DNA of 64,000 bases from Nitrosopumilus sp. GTDB lineage: Archaea; Thermoproteota; Nitrososphaeria; Nitrososphaerales; Nitrosopumilaceae. The notes beneath the pieces are model-generated. The model saw only the letters and a program-made list of their open reading frames with translations. It had not been told where the DNA came from and searched no databases. Below, in pieces: positions 35,421 through 45,137 of the stretch. The number at the start of each line of letters is the position of its first letter. The stretch's first letter is position 1. The stretch spans positions 64,001 to 128,000 of the forward strand of contig OZ252243.1 in assembly GCA_965249555.1 (NCBI GenBank), read 5' to 3'. Both the position numbers and the translations under genes were made by a program.

Positions 35421-36197
35421 TTATACTTTTTCAGGAAATTCCTTTATCCCATAACCTTTCACAACATTGTTTTTTCCTTTCCGAAACTTGTCATAAATTT
35501 TATTCCAGTAGGGGTCAAATCTTAATGAACATGCTTTGTGTCTATATGTGCAATATGCAATAGCGTCTGCAATTTGTACACCATCCACTGTTGCAGAATT
35601 TACAAATGTGGGGTCTTGAATAATGTGATTTACAGCTTGCCAGTAAGATCCTTTTATTCTCAATTCATTGACAATTTTGAATGCATCTGATTGTTGCTTG
35701 CTAGCACTTTTATCAATTTTTATAATTCCTTCTTCTGATTTACCATCACATGCAATGTATTTGTCATATCTTTCAACTAAATACGTCCAAGCTGGATTGA
35801 AAGCATTCCAAGTAGGGTGTTGTTTTTTTAATAATTCTTTGTTAATGATAACTGAAATTGTTGTAATATTCATATCGCTTATCATATCATACAATCTATC
35901 TAAGAGGCAGTATTTTGTTTCCAGAGTAATATTGGTAAATTCTTCTCTACTTTTGAAAATATCGTGTGTATGAATTTCTGCATCAATGTATTCTTCAATG
36001 AAATTGTTTATTTTGTATTGATGTACAGCAATTTTCAAATCTTTAATGCTGTCTTTATGAACAATGACACCTGATAAAATATATTGTTTTGATCTGTCTT
36101 TGTAACTTACCGAACCTGAATCATCTACATACATTATATACAATGTACAAGTATTGGAAATGTGATGATGATAAGTTATTTTGAAATTATTCTGCAC
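35421..36197 (-). CDS. DUF3800 family protein (RNase H-like fold); true start probably about 36134
   Basis: MYVDDSG, AEIH, GVQIADAIAY. Confidence 0.85.
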   Translation of the reverse strand: MQNNFKITYHHHISNTCTLYIMYVDDSGSVSYKDRSKQYILSGVIVHKDSIKDLKIAVHQYKINNFIEEYIDAEIHTHDIFKSREEFTNITLETKYCLLDRLYDMISDMNITTISVIINKELLKKQHPTWNAFNPAWTYLVERYDKYIACDGKSEEGIIKIDKSASKQQSDAFKIVNELRIKGSYWQAVNHIIQDPTFVNSATVDGVQIADAIAYCTYRHKACSLRFDPYWNKIYDKFRKGKNNVVKGYGIKEFPEKV

Positions 36198-36307
36198 CAG
36201 AGCCTCAAAAACAATTCTGACAGATTTTGATGATCAGATCACTATTTTGCACCAGAACTGACCAGAGCCGTTGGAATGATCTCAGAGTAGATCACTATAG
36301 TAGATAA

Positions 36308-36748
36308 TCAGACTAGTGATTCATCACTTACTTCTACAGGCTTTCTTCCCATAAAACCAGAATCTTTTTCATGCCAAAACTTTATTTCAGTTTCACCATA
36401 TTTCCAACACAACCATACTTCTTCATCAAATCGCTTTGAAGGAAAATCAAGCAGACCTTGCTCAATACTTTTAACCATCACCCCAGTATTTTCTAGTGTT
36501 TCAACTGATTCATAAAATTTGGTAATTGCAGAATTCAAATTCTGTTTTAATGACACATATTCTTCAAAAGAATTTGTAGCAGAGAGACTCATTTGCAATT
36601 GTTGTTCTAGTTTTGAGACTTCATTCTTTTTTGCCAAGGCATACTCGAATTTTTTTATCACATCAGGTAGCACATTATTTGCCTCATTTGTGGTGAAAAA
36701 CGTGAACACATATCTGCTTAGAAAACCTCGATTAAAAATCTTCGGCAC
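36308..36748 (-). CDS. DUF2203 family protein (true start probably about 36706)
   Basis: FTTNEANNVLP, GLLDFP, VWLCWKYGE, FWHEKDSGFMGRKP. Confidence 0.85.
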   Translation of the reverse strand: MPKIFNRGFLSRYVFTFFTTNEANNVLPDVIKKFEYALAKKNEVSKLEQQLQMSLSATNSFEEYVSLKQNLNSAITKFYESVETLENTGVMVKSIEQGLLDFPSKRFDEEVWLCWKYGETEIKFWHEKDSGFMGRKPVEVSDESLV

Positions 36749-36763
36749 AAATTTATTAAGAAT

Positions 36764-37060
36764 TTGTATGGAAGAAGAAGTATGAATGATGAGGAACTAG
36801 AGGCGATAATAACTCAAACTATCAATAGTGCAGTGACAACAATTCCATCCTATCTTGAAGAAATTAAGGAAAATAAAGAGACATTAAAAGTGGAAAATCC
36901 ACAAGAGTTTGTTTATGGAATTATTATGGGAATGGCACTTGGCGTGAGTGGTGTAATTCTTAGTTCACAAAAAGAAGTACCCACTACAGAAGATCAGATG
37001 AAAGTCAGAGACATCGTATACAAATACATACCAGAGATAAGAGAACGAATTTTCAGTTGA
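36764..37060 (+). CDS. hypothetical protein
   Basis: Coupled to the next gene; start probably 36782. Confidence 0.7.
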   Translation: MYGRRSMNDEELEAIITQTINSAVTTIPSYLEEIKENKETLKVENPQEFVYGIIMGMALGVSGVILSSQKEVPTTEDQMKVRDIVYKYIPEIRERIFS

Positions 37061-37455
37061 TAGTGTTTAATCAGAAAGAAATTAAATTTCTAGAATTACG
37101 AGAAGACGCAAGAATAGCTACATCTCACGATAATATTTCGCATGTAAAACCAGTATCGTTTGTATTTTTGGATAATGTGATTCTAGTTGTCACAGATTAT
37201 AAAACAAGAACATTTACCAATGTCAAATCAAATCCACATACAAGCATAGTAATTGATATTTACAAATCAGGAAATCATAAAGCAATATGCATTCAAGGTC
37301 AAACAGAGATTATTGAAAATGGCTTGGAATTTAAAAAATTTTATGATATTTTTTATGAAAAATTTGAATGGGTAAGAAAAGAACCATGGAAGGAGAACGA
37401 AGCGCCATTTTTGAAGATTGTTCCAAATAACAAAGTTAGTTGGGGTTTAAACTAG
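37057..37455 (+). CDS. pyridoxamine 5'-phosphate oxidase-like FMN/F420-binding protein
   Basis: ARIAT...HVKPVSF...NVKSNP...IQG. Confidence 0.8.
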   Translation: MIVFNQKEIKFLELREDARIATSHDNISHVKPVSFVFLDNVILVVTDYKTRTFTNVKSNPHTSIVIDIYKSGNHKAICIQGQTEIIENGLEFKKFYDIFYEKFEWVRKEPWKENEAPFLKIVPNNKVSWGLN

Positions 37456-37476
37456 AAAGTTATTTCTTGTTCAATT

Positions 37477-37815
37477 TTAGAAAGTAAACTTGAGTGATAT
37501 TGGTTTTTTCAGAACAGAACGAATTCCTAATTTTGATAATTCACGTTCTTGTAAAGGATTCATGTCTAGTCCACTTACAATTACTACTTTAGATAATTGT
37601 AAAGGTCGCCTAGGTTTTAGATCTGACAGAAAATCAGCACCACTGTATTGTGGCATGCACATATCAAGCAGAATCAGATCATAGTCTTTGTAAACTGCCA
37701 ATTCCAATCCGGCTCTACCATCAGAAACACTATCAAAGTCACAATTTGTAGTCGACAAAATATCTGCAAAGACTTGATTAATTTCTGGAACGTCCTCAAC
37801 ATAAAGTATTCTCAT
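37477..37815 (-). CDS. single-domain response regulator (receiver)
   Basis: ILYVED, DLILLDMCMP, VSG, LKKP. Confidence 0.85.
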   Translation of the reverse strand: MRILYVEDVPEINQVFADILSTTNCDFDSVSDGRAGLELAVYKDYDLILLDMCMPQYSGADFLSDLKPRRPLQLSKVVIVSGLDMNPLQERELSKLGIRSVLKKPISLKFTF

Positions 37816-37990
37816 ATGATATGAAATAACTTAGAAGTGATAAAAGCAAGTTTGCTCATTTGAACAAACTAGAGGATTTATCAAAAAGAATTCAATCTGG
37901 GTTTTGTCTTAAAAATTATAGAAATATCGTATTCAAGCATTACTACTTATTTTATAGAAAGATCAATACTTTGTATGAAGTAATACAAGT

Positions 37991-38551
37991 CTAATCATAT
38001 AACATCAAGTCTTTTTCTTCAAGAAGACTATGAAGATTATTCACTGAGAGATAAACATCTTTTTCAGTTTTAGCTCCAGTACAGACTAGTTTTCCTGATG
38101 CAAAAATAAGAATTACAGTTTTAGGATTAAGCATTCTGTGAATGACGCCTGGAAATTGTTCTGGTTCATACATACTTCGTGGTAATGTTCGTGCTGCTCG
38201 TTCAAGATGAACCCTCCCTCCAAGATTTATTGATGATACTATATTTTGTATAGTTACAACTGCATTTTTTTTGATTTTAATTCCGCCTTTTCTTAATTTT
38301 ACAACTACCGCATTTACTGCCTTTACTGCAAGTTCTGATGATTTAGAACCAGTACACACCATCTTACCAGTACTGAATAGTAATGTTGATGTTTTGGGGG
38401 TTTTTAGACGAAACACAGCACCGGGAAACTGGTCAGGATTGTATTCAACAGCAGGGAATTTTTTTTGAATATCATATAGATCCAGTTTCTGATCTATTGT
38501 AGCTGATGCCACAACATTTACAATTTCAATTATAGGTCTAGTAAATGGCAA
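37991..38551 (-). CDS. tbp: TATA-box binding protein
   Basis: Two repeats NVVAS...YNPDQFPG...LFSTGKMVCTG and NIVSS...YEPEQFPG...IFASGKLVCTG. Confidence 0.95.
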   Translation of the reverse strand: MPFTRPIIEIVNVVASATIDQKLDLYDIQKKFPAVEYNPDQFPGAVFRLKTPKTSTLLFSTGKMVCTGSKSSELAVKAVNAVVVKLRKGGIKIKKNAVVTIQNIVSSINLGGRVHLERAARTLPRSMYEPEQFPGVIHRMLNPKTVILIFASGKLVCTGAKTEKDVYLSVNNLHSLLEEKDLMLYD

Positions 38552-38620
38552 TAAAGTCTAATCCAAATAAACCATATTTAAAGAAAGATAATTAAGAGAT
38601 AGAAAAGAGATCAAATCACA

Positions 38621-38899
38621 TTGTCCAACAAAATAAAATGCTCTCATATTCTTGTTGCAAAACAGAGTGAATCACTTGCCATTGTAGAGAGACTCAAAAA
38701 AGGAGAAAAATTTGGAAAATTGGCAAAAGAGTTGTCAATTGACTCAGGTAGTGCTAAAAAAGATGGAAATTTGGGCTATTTCACAAAGGGTATGATGGTA
38801 AAGCCATTTGAAGAAGTTGCATTCAAACTCCAAATTGGAGAAATTTCAGACCCAATAAAAACAGAATTTGGATACCACATCATCAAAAGATTAGGATAA
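38621..38899 (+). CDS. parvulin-type peptidyl-prolyl isomerase
   Basis: CSHILV, LAKELSID, GNLGYF, MVKPFEEVAF, TEFGYHII. Confidence 0.93.
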   Translation: MSNKIKCSHILVAKQSESLAIVERLKKGEKFGKLAKELSIDSGSAKKDGNLGYFTKGMMVKPFEEVAFKLQIGEISDPIKTEFGYHIIKRLG

Positions 38900-39216
38900 T
38901 TTTATTTCAGAGATTTCAATTTTTTGCTTTTTCAAAATCATCATTAATTTTCTGGCTGATTTTTTTATAATCAGCACGGATTTCCTTGTAAAGTTCTTTT
39001 TCTTTCTGAAGCAAATCGTTCATCTCTTTTGATTTATCAGTATTTGAGGCTAACAAATCAATGATCTGCAAGAAGGGTTTGGAAGATAATTATCAATTTT
39101 CAGTGTGTATCAAGGTTGAAGATTAAACACTAAAAAAAGTATGATTTTCATTGGTTATGTTTTCTGAAGCCGTAGTTTATTACTTTGAATTTCCTGTTTA
39201 GTGTGAGTAAAGTGTT

Positions 39217-39952
39217 ATGGTGATTGAGACGATTTATGTGGATGAGTCAGGCAACTCCGGACTGTATAACCACAATGCACAAGTATACCCCTTCTTTGTA
39301 CTGGGGTTTTGTTTTTTTTGCGATCCAACAAAATTTAAAATTGACATGAAAAGGCTTTTGAGAAAACTTCACCGAAAAGGAAAGTATCATCCTGATCTTA
39401 GAGAATTAAAGTTTAGTCCGGAGAATGCTTTGGAAAAAATTGGTTGCTCTCGTAATGAAATACAAGCGCAGTGGAAACCTAAACTAGATTATGTTCGAAA
39501 GAAAGTTAATGAGTTAATTGTATTGCATGCAGGCGGAGTGTATGCGGGGATTCTTGACAAACGTACTATGAGCAAACCCAATTGGACTCCTGAACGAATT
39601 GGGAATTATGTCTTCAACAAAACACTCTTCAAGAATATTCTTCCAATGGCAAAGTTTTCATCAGCCCCTGAAGTAATTTACGATAGAGGACGAATTGGTC
39701 CTGTGAGCAACTGTTGTGTTTAACAGTTACATGATTAACACCGATTCCTATTTGTCCAACATGGGTCAAAAACGGTATTCCGGCAATGCAGTTTGCTTTA
39801 GAGATGAAGATTCAAGAAATAATTCTGGACTGTGGGGTGCTGACTTTGTCGCAGGTTCATTTCGACGTATGCACTTCCAAAGTGATTCTACTTGCATTGA
39901 ATTACTTGGACCAAAGTTTTTGGGAACTGGATCAAGGAATTTTTGGTTTTAA
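39217..39952 (+). pseudogene. DUF3800 family protein, frameshifted near 39715
   Basis: IYVDESG, RELKF in ORF 39217-39723; DSRNNSGLWGADFVAG in ORF 39716-39952. Confidence 0.8.
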
Positions 39953-39958
39953 GAAAGT

Positions 39959-40033
39959 TGCAGGCGCTTCCACAAAGTCTTCGGATAAATCCTACGCCAG
40001 ATGGCACGGCTTTGGTGGGCTTACACGCCTACA
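39959..40033 (+). ncRNA. candidate multi-stem RNA downstream of DUF3800 gene
   Basis: TGCAGGCG/CGCCTACA, CCACAAAGTC/GGCTTTGGTGG, inner hairpins GGATAAATCC and GCCAGATGGC; GC-rich island. Confidence 0.55.
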
Positions 40034-40137
40034 CATAATTTACCGTACCGTACTATTTGTGCTTTTGGAGTTCACTGGACTCAGTTTTCAATTTTGAGAT
40101 ATTTTAGAGATTTCATAATCTAACTACAGATTATGTA

Positions 40138-40418
40138 TAGCGACGATCAAAAGTTCGTGAACATCTTTGCAGGATTTCTAAAAATATAATTAACAACATC
40201 AAGTTTGAATTTTTTTGTTCCAAAGTATTGTGACACTACATTATTCATTATTGTAAACATTGCATAATATTCTGATACCAACAACACATGCTTGCTTATT
40301 TTCCAACACTGCTCTATCATGTTTAGATACGGTGATCCTTTTGGTAGCCAAATCAGTTTAACATCTGGATTATCTGTCAAAAAGTCCTTGACCTTCTTTG
40401 ATTTGTGCACTGATGCCC
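40138..40418 (-). mobile_element. IS630 right-end remnant
   Basis: Reverse complement of about 21698-21979, including the TIR. Confidence 0.85.
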
Positions 40419-41006
40419 CTAAAAATAAAAAACAAGGAGACAGACCATACGGTATTTTCTCTGCTAAAGCTTGCATTGTGTTTCAAGCCAGAATTCATCT
40501 TGGTAGGTGAGGTGTTAGGCAATGAGGCTGAAGGATTGTTCCAGGTGGCACAAAGTGGGATGGGCTGTTACAGTTCCTTTCATGCTACCAGTCCGTATGA
40601 TGCACTAGCCAAACTGCAAAGTGACAAGTTTGGGGTATCAAGGGAGCAGACAAGAGCCATAAGTTGTATCATTCACATGTCTCAAGTTACCAGAGGAAAC
40701 ACCATGAGAAGGGCAATATTAGAAATTGTGGAACCAGAAATTGTTGCAGGAGAGAATTTCAAGAAGAAGTTAAACACAATTTTTTATTATGACAGTGCAA
40801 CAGGCAAACTATTACCTGACAGTATAGATGAACTATTAGAGAAAAGCTCAAAATTACATGATGCAGATAGTGTTTTGGGCATTAGTGATGTACGAGAAGA
40901 TTTTCAAAAAAGAATTAATGTATTGGAGAAAATTCAAAACAATAATCTTACTAGTGAGGAGATATCTAGAGAATCAAATTTGTATTATCAAAATCAAAAT
41001 ACTTAA
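40419..41006 (+). pseudogene. C-terminal fragment of a type II/IV secretion (FlaI/VirB11-like) ATPase
   Basis: LLKLAL..KPEFILVGEV, YSSFHA; Walker A missing. Confidence 0.8.
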
Positions 41007-41140
41007 CTAGAATTTACCAGAACCCCTAGCTTTTTGCAATAATAATTTGATCAATAAATGAGATTATATTTGTGTGATAAATTTTCTTGATAAATTGTGC
41101 AGATATGCTATAATCTAATCCTTAAATGGAAACTTGAAAT

Positions 41141-42241
41141 TTATGGTTCCCATACAATAATTGGAATATCAAAAGGGATTAACTGCTCTGCTCTTTGTGT
41201 ATAATATTTCTTAACATCAGGTAATGCATAATATATTGCAGTGTTAAAATTTAAAGAAATTTCTTTATCATCACGTGGACCTATTCCTGACCAAGGTATT
41301 TCAGAATTACTCAATATTGCAACACCAATTAACTGTTTTTCATGTGAGCTTAGCAATCTAGTATCATCAGGTATGATATTGATTTGTCCCCCTTGCACGT
41401 AATGAGATCCAATATCTTCAGATGTAGGTAATGTTCTTGCATGCCATTCATAAACTCCCACATCAAAGTTAAAAGAGTCACTACTATGAGGTATGATTGT
41501 AGGGCCATACCAATCAGGTGTTTGCCAATGACCCTCACTACTTTGAATTCTTATTGGAACATCTAACTCATTTTTGAAATTTACTGTAACATCATTATTG
41601 CCTGAGATTATCAAATTGTATGATTGTGTTGAGGATTGGTTTTGATTTTGGAAAACTATGGTGTTATTATCGCTGAGGATGTAATCTAAAGGTAATTTTT
41701 TAGTAGTGTCAAAAAACTCTAGCTTTGTAATGTTGACATTTGATGCATCAGCCATTTGTATACTTCCAGTTAATCTAAAAGTATTGCCGGCAGTGTCATT
41801 TACATACGTTTCAAATCCTATTATTGGTGGATCTGATGTTAATGTCATTCCAGGATATATTTTAAAATCAGAATCAGTTAGTGTTATATTTTGATGGTGT
41901 AATTGGTTTAGCATTTTATTTTTTAACATGAATGCACCAAGCTCTTGGTAAAAATCGCCTTGATGTATTTTACGATATGACATTATAGAAGCATAATCCT
42001 CATTTTGCCACTGGGTAACTGTTTTATCAAGAAAAGTATTCCCAGTTGCAAAAGTTGTTTGGTTTTTTGCTAGGTTCTTTGTGGTTGGTAGATATGAATC
42101 ATCAAATTGAGGATAATACAAATCTATGTCACTAGTAATCGTTGACGTATCAGTGACGGGGTTAAAAACATAGAAATTTGTAAATATTAAACAAACAACA
42201 AATATAGGCAATCCAATAAAAAAATAATTTTTTCTATTCAT
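41141..42241 (-). CDS. secreted hypothetical protein with a cupredoxin-like segment
   Basis: N-terminal TM or signal; VTVNFKN...IIPHSSDSFNFDVGVYEWH. Confidence 0.6.
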   Translation of the reverse strand: MNRKNYFFIGLPIFVVCLIFTNFYVFNPVTDTSTITSDIDLYYPQFDDSYLPTTKNLAKNQTTFATGNTFLDKTVTQWQNEDYASIMSYRKIHQGDFYQELGAFMLKNKMLNQLHHQNITLTDSDFKIYPGMTLTSDPPIIGFETYVNDTAGNTFRLTGSIQMADASNVNITKLEFFDTTKKLPLDYILSDNNTIVFQNQNQSSTQSYNLIISGNNDVTVNFKNELDVPIRIQSSEGHWQTPDWYGPTIIPHSSDSFNFDVGVYEWHARTLPTSEDIGSHYVQGGQINIIPDDTRLLSSHEKQLIGVAILSNSEIPWSGIGPRDDKEISLNFNTAIYYALPDVKKYYTQRAEQLIPFDIPIIVWEP

Positions 42242-42418
42242 GACAAGAAAATATTAATCAATATAATATATTTTATCATTACACTGTTAAATCTTGGGTT
42301 GTTTTCTTATAATCTCTTTTGACAAAATAGTTTTCCTTAATATCAATTCAATATTTTGTTAAAAAGACTGAATAATTAAGAATTAGAGAAATAACAAAAA
42401 ATATTTTTCTTGATTCTA

Positions 42419-42590
42419 TAGCGAAGAGTCAAAGTTCGTGAACTAAAAATCATCAAAACAAAAGACTTTTTGATCACCACACACAATGAAACACATGAAC
42501 AAGTTAGAACAGCTTGAAGCAGCATACAAAAAGGAAAACTCCAAAGCTGCAGTCAGGATGCTTGCAGTACTAATGTTTCTCAAAGATGGT
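42419..42590 (+). mobile_element. IS630 left-end remnant
   Basis: Near-identical to 20909-21080; fused to the IS66 end at a TA. Confidence 0.85.
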
Positions 42591-42686
42591 ATTGATTTGT
42601 GCGTAAAGGTTGATACATACAATTTTCATACTTTAATAACAGAAAAAAATACACAACATTTTTTTGGTTTCAAAATTTGATTAATC

Positions 42687-42959
42687 ATGGTAATAATAAC
42701 AGAAAAAATGCTAGAAGAGATTTTATCATATTTAGAGAAATCCATTAGTAATTTGGCAAAAGATGCATTTGAGAATCTAGAGTTTGATGAGAAATCACAC
42801 GCAGAAGAATTTCTTCAAAACCAGTTTGATATCAGACTAGAAAATTTACTTGTTGGAAAAAATAGCGGTATTCATCATTTAGAATCAGGAATGAAAAACA
42901 AGATAATTCAGAGAAAGCAAATGATTTTTGAGCAAATTTCTAAACAATACAAAAACTAG
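42687..42959 (+). CDS. hypothetical protein
   Basis: 90-aa ORF in core context. Confidence 0.65.
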   Translation: MVIITEKMLEEILSYLEKSISNLAKDAFENLEFDEKSHAEEFLQNQFDIRLENLLVGKNSGIHHLESGMKNKIIQRKQMIFEQISKQYKN

Positions 42960-44464
42960 AGAAAAGCATCTAGTCCAGTTTTTTGAGATTCAGTTCCTTG
43001 ATTTTTCTCCAAGACTTTGGTCATCTTCTCACCCATAGTTTTGGCAGATGACATCTTTCTTTTTCCTATCCAATAGTATTTCTCATCAATAGTATTTTTG
43101 GCAATGAGCACAACTAATTTACCAGTATCTTTTCGTCCAGTTCTTCCCCTTCTTTGTATAAATCGAATAGAGCTTGGCACATTATCATAGAAAATAACCT
43201 GATTGACTTCAGCAATGTCCAATCCTTCTTCACCAACACGTGTTGCAACAAGTACTTGAAAAATGCCATCTCTGAATTTTTGCACAGTTTCAATTTGCTT
43301 TTTTTGTTTCAGTCCTGTGACACCTGCTTTGCCAATTAAAATTCCAGCAGAAACTCCCATCTCAGTTAGTTTATTAAAAATCAAATCGACAGAGTCTCGA
43401 TAACTCGTAAAAATCAGAGCTTTTCCAGGAACAGATTCAAGAATTTCTTTTAGTTTAGGAATCTTTGAATGCTCAATTCCTCGCGACTGCGCTTCTTTGG
43501 CAAGATGTACTGCTCTTGTGAAATTAGGATCAACTTCAAAGAGTTCTTTGACTCCTGCACCTTTCTTTGCCCGTGCACGTTCACAGAATTTTAGAAAAGG
43601 AGTGATTCCATGAGCTTCTAGTATGTTTAACGCATAATTAATTCTAATTGCAGTGAAGAGAGGTTTTGCAGAACGTCTGTTCTTATTTAACACAAACATT
43701 CGGATTTTAAGCAGAACAGAAAGGGATTGCTGCTCTGCCAGACGAATACCATTCTTTCGTAAAGTGTCATATCTTTCATCTAATGCTAATTTCAATAATG
43801 TTTGAATTGATTTTAATTCCGGTGGAAGTTCAACATTAATCCATTCAGTACTGGTTTCTTGAATGTAGGGTTTAACATCAGGACTGTCTTCAGTTCTTTC
43901 AGCTATACTTGAAATTCTTAGCTTTGTTAGAATCTCAGTTGCTTTTTCTTTTTCACTCGGAAGAGTTGCAGTCATTCCAACAAGTCTAGCAGAAAAATTC
44001 TCAAATCGTTCTGCAATTCCAGAATAAGCATAGTCACCAGTAGTTCTATGTACTTCATCAAACACTACAAGATTGAATTGTTCCGGGGATACAATTTGTC
44101 TGTCAAAATCATTTTTGGTAATTTCAGGAGTTGCACAAATTACACTATTGCCCCAAAGTTTGGTCCGTTTTTGAATAGGATCTTCGCCAGTAACTAATGA
44201 AATATCATCTAAAGTGAGATTTGCCTTAAGGAATTCATAATGTTGGTTTACCAAAACTCTGGTAGGAGCCAAAAACAATGCGCCCCCTGTCCCTTTTGAC
44301 AAGTATTCTGCAATCACATTTAATGCAATAGCAGTTTTTCCAAGACCAGTTGGCAATACCACAATACAATTTTCTTTAATTGCCTGATTTGCAAGATTTA
44401 CTTGATAATCTCGTTTTTCTATAGAATTTTTTTGAACATATTTTTTCTCAACGTATAGAGTCAT
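42956..44464 (-). CDS. Hef/FANCM-like (ERCC4-related) SF2 helicase
   Basis: RDYQ, LPTGLGKT, DEVH, GMTAT, EEGLDI, IQRRGRTGR. Confidence 0.9.
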   Translation of the reverse strand: MTLYVEKKYVQKNSIEKRDYQVNLANQAIKENCIVVLPTGLGKTAIALNVIAEYLSKGTGGALFLAPTRVLVNQHYEFLKANLTLDDISLVTGEDPIQKRTKLWGNSVICATPEITKNDFDRQIVSPEQFNLVVFDEVHRTTGDYAYSGIAERFENFSARLVGMTATLPSEKEKATEILTKLRISSIAERTEDSPDVKPYIQETSTEWINVELPPELKSIQTLLKLALDERYDTLRKNGIRLAEQQSLSVLLKIRMFVLNKNRRSAKPLFTAIRINYALNILEAHGITPFLKFCERARAKKGAGVKELFEVDPNFTRAVHLAKEAQSRGIEHSKIPKLKEILESVPGKALIFTSYRDSVDLIFNKLTEMGVSAGILIGKAGVTGLKQKKQIETVQKFRDGIFQVLVATRVGEEGLDIAEVNQVIFYDNVPSSIRFIQRRGRTGRKDTGKLVVLIAKNTIDEKYYWIGKRKMSSAKTMGEKMTKVLEKNQGTESQKTGLDAFL

Positions 44465-44605
44465 TCTACAGAGAGAAATCAGAATTTATTGATTTTATGC
44501 TTTTTGCATAGCAAAATACTATCTATTACTCAATTATCAACATCCATAAAACAACAAAATTGTAACTAGCGTGAACCATATATTGAGCAGGCATACAAGA
44601 TTTGT

Positions 44606-45133
44606 GTGAGCAGTTCTTTTGATAGACCAAATTGGGATGAATACTTTATGCTGCAAGCAGAGTTGGCTAAACTTCGTTCAAATTGTATGACAAGACAAGT
44701 TGGTGCAGTAATTGTTAGAAATCATAGGCAGTTAGCAACAGGATACAATGGAACCCCGCCTGGAATCAAAAATTGTTTTGATGGAGGATGTGAGAGATGT
44801 CAACTTAGAATGGATGGGAAAATTGAATCCGGGGCATCACTGGATAGATGTCTTTGTAATCATGCAGAAGCAAATGCCATAATGCATTGTGCAATTTTAG
44901 GAATTGAGGCAGGTCAGGAAGGTGCAATATTGTATACTACATTTGTTCCATGCCTAGAATGCACCAAAATGGCAATAACAATAGGAATTAAAAAATTTGT
45001 TTGCCTTGATAATTATCCTGAAACTGATTTTGGGTTGTTAAAAGAGGCAGGAGTAAAAGTGATTCATCTAGATAAAGAAAATATTGCAAAATGGGCAAAA
45101 AAACTAGTTAGCAAGTACGAAAAATCTGTGTGA
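44606..45133 (+). CDS. dCMP deaminase
   Basis: RPNWDEYF, RQVGAVI, TGYNG, HAEANA, PCLEC. Confidence 0.9.
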   Translation: MSSSFDRPNWDEYFMLQAELAKLRSNCMTRQVGAVIVRNHRQLATGYNGTPPGIKNCFDGGCERCQLRMDGKIESGASLDRCLCNHAEANAIMHCAILGIEAGQEGAILYTTFVPCLECTKMAITIGIKKFVCLDNYPETDFGLLKEAGVKVIHLDKENIAKWAKKLVSKYEKSV

Positions 45134-45137
45134 GAAA

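Larger units (their letters stand above)
39103..42620 (-). mobile_element. 3518-bp cargo segment bounded by IS66 end remnants
   Basis: GTGTGTATCAAG at 39103-39114, 31-bp IS66 left end at 42590-42620, 8-bp TSD AATTTTCA at 39095-39102 and 42621-42628. Confidence 0.8.
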
